Origin: Octopus sinensis
Lineage: Eukaryota
Length of the DNA: 64,000 nucleotides
Assembly (NCBI RefSeq): GCF_006345805.1
Contig: NC_043007.1
Location: 7,316,001 to 7,380,000, forward strand
Direction of reading: 5' to 3'
Below, in pieces: positions 55,601 to 64,000 of this stretch. The position numbers were made by a program, and so were the translations under genes. Positions within the stretch are counted from its first letter, which is position 1, and each line of letters starts with the position of its first letter. Under the pieces are notes generated by a model. It made no database searches. It saw only the letters and a list, made by a program, of their open reading frames with translations, and was not told the DNA's origin.

Positions 55601-57287
55601 TTCTCGAGAGGAAAGAAAGTTCATGTATTAAATAAGTGAAAAACTTACTAAAGACAAAAACATGTTTCGAAGTTTTCTGAAACTTGCTGGATATTAAGCA
55701 ACTAATACCTAAAGGATATACTATAAATAATATATCATATAACTGTTATACCTCCTTGAAATTCCAAATAGACTTTATGGTATTTTCTGAACGAAAGTGG
55801 TGCCGAATCTATAAAAGGGTAACTTCATGTGTACGCATATCTACAAGGTGTATGTGTGTGCGCGTGTGCGAGCGCGCGTATGTGAATGTTTATGTGTACA
55901 GATAGATATAGAATATTCTCATGGAACTGAGAAGCGCATAGCTTAAATGAGTGTGCAATAGCAATGTCGAGCAGAATGAATCTGTTTATTAGCTGCAGAA
56001 AGCCCGGTAGACACCTCATGTGTTTCATTGACTATAATTGGTAATAATGACTGGAGTCAGGTTATCAATGGTGTATTGCATGGTTTTATTCTTTTCGTTA
56101 TCAGGCTACGGTCGTATATGGCCTTGAATAGGTTTTAGTGGACTAGATTTTAAGTTTTCATCCAGGTTCATATTCTGCCCGTTCATGTTTCCTAAACAGA
56201 CAGGTTGATGGGAAGATCGAATTTGTTCGGATGTTCATTCTACAAATGAAGCTTTGCTTAATCTATAGAATCTGTGTTTCGATATGTCCCGCATTATGGC
56301 GACGTATTTCGCCGTCTGCCTGACTGGCCCCAACAGCGTACCTTGCTGACTGACACTACTTACTGAGTCTTTCTTTTATTCATTAGTAGTGAACCAGTCC
56401 ACTTCTCACCCGGTGACGTCCGACACAACATTCGATTTGTCTGTGTATCCTCAGGTATCTTATTCCCGAATATGAACAGTACTGGGCTGGATGCGATCTC
56501 GGAATAGTTGTCTAAATTGCACGATGATGATCGGTAATCAAATAGTCGAAATGTAGCGTTGGTGTAAATATGCAGAAAATATTTAATTTCTGAAAGTGGA
56601 GTGTTAATAATTCGAAACAATATTTTATTCGCAGCATCACACATTATATAATTTCTGACTTATCATATCATGTCTTCTTTCCACTCCGGAAGTAGAAAGT
56701 GCTATGTCGAATCCAAACGGATTTAGAAGCATGGGTTCCTCTCCCACACAGAGTTTTAGACATCTATGTAATAATACCCGATATAAAGACTGAATGGTTG
56801 GTTGGTTGGTTCATTTCTCTTGTCACACTTTACATTGTATAGAGAGAAGGAGAGAAAAAGTAAAATAAATGTACAAAGTGAGGGCATAAATGGTACAAGA
56901 TGAGTGCACGTGGCAAACTTGAAGCAGGTAATGAGGATTGAAACTAGACGCGCACAGAGTGAAAAAGGAAGAGAGAGTATCACAGAAAGAAGGAGTAAAT
57001 GCTAGATTAATAATGGAAGGAGTTACCCAAATGACAAATTTGTTTTTATTTCATTTTTATTTAAGGCAATACGCATGTTTCTTTTGAAAATTTGGATAAA
57101 ATTTGATAAAAGTTAATTACAATTACTGTATGTACGCCATGTTTTTTAGCATTACTCATGATAGCAAAAGTATACTTCCAAAGTTACTCATCGTATGACG
57201 ACTAACCCTCTTGTTGGTAATATAATACTGATTACTGTATACTGTATGACATCTTACTAACGGTTGCATCTTTTGTATATATTTCAG

Positions 57288-57477
57288 ATTCAGATCACCA
57301 CACTCTGTATTTCAATAAGCTTGAGTGCTTCAGTGGCTCTTCTCTGCCTTTTCGTCCCCAAAATGTACATTATTCTTTTCCATCCTGAGAAGAACGTACG
57401 AAAGCTGATAATGAACTCGGCCACCTATAAGCGTGCTCCTACCAGTAGTGCCACGATAACTACCGCAACCAACCACG
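57288..57477 (+). CDS. Metabotropic glutamate receptor (class C GPCR, group II / DmGluRA-like): internal exon encoding TM7 and the proximal C-tail
   Basis: Translation [49 protein letters not shown] matches mGluR TM7 and the PKxY...HPExN motif. Perfect branch point TACTAAC at 57255-57261, pyrimidine tract plus AG acceptor, and donor G|GTATGT (phase 1). The exon is 190 nt. Confidence 0.95.
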
Positions 57478-59476
57478 GTATGTAATATACAACTTCTGCC
57501 TCACCATATTATTTCGTACACTCCCGAGAAAACACACACAAAACATTATCACCCCATGGAATATTATTTGCTCGTCGTCGAGCAAAAAGAATAAATTAAT
57601 TCAGGATGGTTTGATAAACATAACCGAATTCTTCATCTCTCTATGTCAGAAAATTAGCATTTCTAGAAAAAATGATATTAGTGTTATTTCAAACTTAAGC
57701 TGTCTGTCGCCTTTCAATAAGTTTCTTCTCTTTCTTCCTTTTTTTATGTTTTATATTATTTTATTTTTATTTTGTTAATAATGTATACACTCGTCAATTA
57801 TGCTACATCACATCTATCTACGAACACAAATATAGTTAACATCCAATCTCCTTGTGGAGTCGCTTACCGCTACATAGTCTTTCAGAAATAGGTGTCTCTT
57901 GCAGAAATATATTGTTGCCTAATCAAGACAGATCTCGTTTTACTTTTAAGTAAAATAAGAACTTGCAAAAATCAATCAGTATAGAAATGGTGGATCATTG
58001 CTTCTAAATATCTCTGTTACTTTCTCTCTTAATTAACAAGCATTATTTAGGTGGACGTGATTATATCATGTATTTTTCTACATCATATATATAGGATGAA
58101 CTACATTTTCATTGCATTTAATTTTTCAAAGAGATAAATTTATTCAGAATTTCTAAAGATATATTAAGCGAAAATATATAAAAACCTAGTCTATTGTATT
58201 TCGGAAATGAAAAGTAGATTCCATATATTATGTTGGAGAGATGAAATGAAATGATAACATCGGCGTAATTTGAACTTAGAATGCAATGCGCTGTTATTAA
58301 ATAAATATCGCATAGCATTTTGTCCAATGCTCTAACGGTTCTATCCCTTGACAACCCTATATCAATAGTATGTTGTAATAATATACCATAGTATTTTTTG
58401 TCATCGTATTAACGTGGTTGTTTATATTGAGAATTTATATTCAATAAGGATTCATCTTTTGAAGTATTCTTCAGAGGAAAGGAAACAATTAACTTTCACA
58501 GACTAAGATGTCAGTAACAGTAACAGCAACCACATTTTCATATTTATTTGCCAATGTCTTACTACATTATAGTGAGTGGAGAGTAAATAATATTTTGAAA
58601 ATTATTAGAAAAAAATCTATTGAAGTGTCCAAAAAATGAGAAAATTAGAAAGCACTACATATTTTCTTATGAATATATTTTATGCAATATATATTTGGAC
58701 GCGAATAGATAAAAGATAGAATGAATTTAAATAGATATAATAGGTGTTATTGCTTCATCTAAAGATATTCCTTGTGTATTATGTTTTATATTCAATTATT
58801 TTGTAAATTGAAGAAAAATGTTCACAAGCAGACTCGTTCTTATCTCCAGAGAGCTCTCTAGCAAAATACGAAAAGTAACATTCTTATCAATTATTACTTT
58901 CTTAGTTATTTTATTTATTCTTTTACTTTCAATTATATCATTATTATTATCTCCATTATTTCCAGTCGTTTTTGTATCTTTATAATTAACTTAAAAGAAA
59001 ATACGTAACGTTTACGCATGAGCATTTTTTGTTCTCTGATATCATGTGTGTATATGTAGGTACGTGTGTATACATATATATATATGTATAGATATATAAT
59101 ATATATGTATACCTATACACATATATATATATATATATATGCATACATACATGCATATATACATACATACATTCATACATACATAAACGAATTACAAATT
59201 TTAAAATATAGATTAATATTTCGAAAATTGCTGCAGGTGACTGCATTAAGTCAGGTACGTAGGAGTTCAACAAAGTCATTGGATAAATACATCTTTAGAA
59301 TCTAAACAAGTGCGCAGTCTCGTGTTTTTATTAAATTTGATTGAAGTTTGTTTAACGAATATTTTAAGATTATTAAATTGCTTGGAAAAATTTAATCATA
59401 TTTCGCATTCACCTGAACACATACTTTTGTAGTAGTTTGCATATATATATATACGTGTGTGTGTATTTTATATATG

Positions 59477-59510
<34 letters not shown>

Positions 59511-60381
59511 ATAGGGAGAGACAGACAGAAAGGGAAGGCTAGCTAAATAGATAAAAAGATTGTTATAAATATATGTTTGTCTTTGTGCGCATGTATAGGT
59601 ATATATATATATGCATGTATACGTATATAAATGTATATGCTGATATGCATACCTGTATATATGTACACTTATGCGTATATGTATTATATATAACCTCCTG
59701 TTTTAACAAAAATACACATTTTGTTTGTATGTGTATGTGTGTGTGCGTGTGTCTGTCTGTCTGTCACTGAAATTGTAAAAACAAAGCGATGTTATCTAAA
59801 TAGATTCAATTAGCAAACTAGTTGTTGAATCATATACATCAGAAAATTTCGTTTTAATTGTTTGGTTTTCTTTTCGTTGTTTTCTCTCAGTTTTAAATCA
59901 ACTTTTTGAATTATATTGTGAGTACCATGAACTCATGGGAAATCGAAACTCTTTAAATATTACTCATCTAAGTTTTCGTAAAACACTTTGCTATGGCGTA
60001 ATGATCAACAGTTCAGCTTTTCCGCTCACAAATACTTAAATGATCTTATGATGACAAGACTGTTGTATCATGTCTGCGGTGTGAGCTAATCTATTACAGT
60101 TATGATTAATAAGAGCAAAACATAAAGAGTGTTATATCACCGTTTCCTTATATGGTGTTTATTTAGAGCTTGGTTGGTATCGTTAAGTCTCTGCCACAAT
60201 ACGGCGCAGGCATGTCATGTTGGTGAGGTTAACGAGCTCATTTGAAATCAACGGACTTTCGGTTTCTTTGAACACGTGATTTCTACCAGAGTTTCGAACA
60301 GACTAATGTCTTGTGCGAGAAACTCTATAGACGGAATGGCGACGAAGCGCGACTTTCAAACGCATGCACACAGACACACAC

Positions 60382-60427
<46 letters not shown>

Positions 60428-60594
60428 TGTGAGTATATATAGATATTTATATCTGTGTGCGTATACATGTATGCTTGTGTGGGATTTGGACTGCGTACGT
60501 GTGAAGTTCGTTAAAGATGCAAAAATCGACGAGAAAACCTAAAAACTGGTGCAATTGAATAGAAACACATTGCAATGTGTTTCCGACAAAAAGC

Positions 60595-60800
60595 GCCGAG
60601 CAGGCGGAACCATTAGAACGCCGGGCAAGATGCTTAGCAGCATTTCGTCCGTAATTACATTCTGAGTTCAAATACCACCGCGGTCGACTTAGCTTTTTAT
60701 CCTTCCGGGTCCCATGAAAATAATTACCCCCTGAACACCGAGGTTGATGTCACCGACTCACGCGTTCCTCTGCAATTGCTGGCCTTGTATCAAAATTTCA
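60595..60800 (+). mobile_element. SINE family A, diverged
   Basis: CTGAGTTCAAATACCACCGCGGTCGACTT. Confidence 0.7.
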
Positions 60801-61429
60801 AATCAGAATCGGTTTCCGCCGCGTTTAGCAAGCAATTAACTGTTTCTCTTGAGGTTCTAAAATGCAATAGACTAATGATTTTGTCAGTGGAAAACAATAA
60901 ACAATTGATGCTAATGTCCATAAAATACGATATAAAATACGTAATTTCCATGGAATTAAAAATTCCCCAATTTTTCTTATAACTTTTTTGTTATGGACAC
61001 AAGCGCTTCTTAATCTAATCAGAAATACAATAACACAGGGGATTAGATATAAACAAAGGAGTTTATTTGATTAAGAAAGTTTTTTTTATTGAAGCTTTTA
61101 TTACTATAGCGAATAGTAATAAGTCTACTACTAATATAGGATGAAACCTTTTTACAGAAAAAAAATTCATCAGAAAATGTGGCAGCATATTAAAATACCT
61201 TTACGGTTAAAATTATAAACAACTTATAAATAAGGGCTAAAGAAAATTATTTCTATGCCAATACAATATCTATTTCAACACACAATTTCACATCAGGAAT
61301 CTTGCAGCTCAAATTGATAAACGAAATGACTTGCAGCTTAAACAAATTCAACAAGCAATCAATTAGTTAGCTGGATATTTAAGAAATTGACTAATAATAA
61401 AGGAAACTGATAGAAGCTCTTTGTATATA

Positions 61430-61660
61430 TGTGTGTGTGTTATGTTTATGTGTGAAGTTGTCTGTGTACGTCCCTCATCCCCACTTGACCACCGGTCTTG
61501 GTGTATCTACGTCAGCGTAACCTAGCGATTCGGCAAAAGAGACGAATAAAATAAGTACCAGACATTGAAAAATGAAATGGCCGATCACGTGGTTCGACTG
61601 AGGCGTTTTGCCAGCATGTCCATACTGCACTGATTCAAACAGGTGGAAGATGAAAGGCAA
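61430..61660 (+). mobile_element. SINE family B, 3' half
   Basis: CTTGACCACCGG...TTCGGCAAAAGAGACGAATAAAATAAGTACC. Confidence 0.65.
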
Positions 61661-62094
61661 AAAGTATACTTATTTATATGTATTCATCGATGTGTTATTA
61701 CTGATGTTGCCGTTATTGTTGTTGTTGTTGTTGTTGTCGTTGTTATTGTAAGCGTATAGCTTTTATCAAATATCTATTTTATCAAACTTGCTTTTAATTG
61801 GCTGAAAATCCCTGCAAAAATCTCTCGGTATTTAGATTACTATTGGAACTTCCTGCTGCTTAGAAAGAGTTAAAATGCAATATCTATTTATCTATCTATC
61901 TATCTATTTATTTATTTATCTAAATATCTATCTTCCTATATCTCTCTCCTCCCTCTCTCTCTATACATATACATATATATATATATATACACACACACAG
62001 ACGCAAATATTTCACAATATACATGCATGTACTGTTTATGAAATATGGATGCTTAATTTTCTGGTCTTTAATGCATATCCTTATTCTTTTGCAG

Positions 62095-62204
62095 GTACAT
62101 TTACTGAGCACATAAAACTCAATGTGCAGAATTCGGCACAGGCAAGAGCAGTCTGCAGTCCGACAGACATCAAGACGGACAAAGATAGTGTGGCGTCATT
62201 GTGA
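62095..62204 (+). CDS. mGluR terminal coding exon, (G)TFTEHIKLNVQNSAQARAVCSPTDIKTDKDSVASL*
   Basis: Acceptor TTATTCTTTTGCAG. Phase 1 is compatible with the upstream exon (G+GT = Gly). The frame is open to TGA and ends in an S-L C-terminus resembling the group II mGluR PDZ ligand (TTSSL). Confidence 0.75.
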
Positions 62205-62631
62205 TCCCAGTGACACGAGTGGTTCTTCAGAGAACAATGCAGAGAAGCCCTGTGGAATATCTGAACAATGATTTCTACGAAGAGAATGCGCACTGTATCG
62301 ATACATATAAAGAAATGCACACACACAACCATATACATACATATGTAAATAGATACATATAAGTACTGTATTATATATGCATGTATCTATATATATATAT
62401 CATATATATCATATATATGATGTATATATGTATATTATATATGTATATATAGATACATAGATATAAGTATGTAGTGTGTACATGATATGAAATTTTATGT
62501 ATATTCACTTACGAGTATATACGTAAAATATATATGTAAGTGAAATCTTGTACGCATTCGTCTTTAATGAAATGACAGCGGAAACAAAAGCAGATTCTGT
62601 GCTGATATATTTAGACATAAATATTACATAA

Positions 62632-62688
<57 letters not shown>

Positions 62689-62721
62689 ATATATCAATTT
62701 CAATGAATAAATATATATATG

Positions 62722-62766
<45 letters not shown>

Positions 62767-62835
62767 GTATGTATATATATATATATGTATATATATGCGT
62801 ATGTATGCATATATATATGTATATATATAAATACA

Positions 62836-62909
<74 letters not shown>

Positions 62910-63882
62910 ATGAGAGAGAGAGCGAGAGAGGGAGAGTGGAGGAGAGATACATTAAATATTTTTTGACGAAGATTAATACCTCCCAGATAATCATCGTCTT
63001 CTTTATTGATATTTTTTTAAGATTATTGTCATCTAATTTTCATTGTCTATTTACCCGCACAATCTGTTGAGAGCATCGTTTTTCCTTTCCTTTTTTTATA
63101 GAGAAGCATATCTCGCCTGCAAGTGGTGAGAGTTATCGAACATGGTGTTCCCATTATGCTACAATGATTGAAAAGATGAGAGCGATATTTACTCGCTTTT
63201 TGTTTGAGTTTAACATGAAAGAATGAGCGATCGATGTGTAGAGAAGAGAATTATCAGCATATTCCTTGCAGGCTGAAAAGAATCTAGGAAAATATGAACC
63301 TGTAATACACGGAATCACATACTTGCACACACGTGCGCGTTCATACACGCACATACCAGCACACATGCATGCATACACATGTATGGGTACATATATATAA
63401 ATGCATATATATATATACACGCACACATTCACATATATACATACACATATACACATGTACACACACACACACATATATATACGTCTGTATCATGTACATA
63501 CATGAATATATACACGTGTTTAAATCAATACACATTTATAAATATGAATATTGTTTCGCATCTGTATCTATGCGAATTTATTGACCTATATGTTTATGTA
63601 TATGCTATATGTGTGTGTATGTATACATATAAATATACATATACATATTTATATATATACACACACACACATATATATATATATACATATGCATGTATAT
63701 ACATATATACATATATATATATATAGATATATAGATTATATACCTACGTATGTATATTATACATGTATATATATCTGCATATATATTATATACATATATA
63801 TGTACATATAATATGCATACATACAAATATATTAATACATAAATACATACATACAAATATATTAATACATAAATACATACAT

Positions 63883-63930
<48 letters not shown>

Positions 63931-64000
63931 CATACCTACATATATACATACATAGGTTACATACATGCTTGCATACATACGTACATGTACGTATGTATAT

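Overview
AT-rich, microsatellite-dense eukaryotic DNA. The SINE families and the (TA)n/(CA)n/(TAGA)n/(TATG)n density suggest an octopus (coleoid cephalopod) genome; this is an inference. The only recognisable host gene is the 3' end of a group II / DmGluRA-like metabotropic glutamate receptor on the + strand: a TM7 exon at 57288-57477 and a terminal exon at 62095-62204 ending in the PDZ-like motif VASL. I found no earlier exon, so 1-57287 is probably one very large intron. That stretch is filled with SINEs, mariner relics and MITEs, a non-autonomous Helitron, CR1-like/RTE/R4-Dong/HERO LINE fragments and a Chapaev-like fragment. The most striking content is a set of short Penelope-like (pLTR/retrozyme-type) elements, mostly next to (TA)n tracts. 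They carry at least six, possibly seven, minimal type I hammerhead ribozymes with palindromic or near-palindromic stem III, two of which have the compensatory U3-A8 core (UUGAAAA). They are associated with fold-back inverted repeats, several of which break at or near the predicted cleavage site. All but one of these ribozymes are antisense to the mGluR transcript. Nearly all ORFs in the supplied track are microsatellite artefacts.
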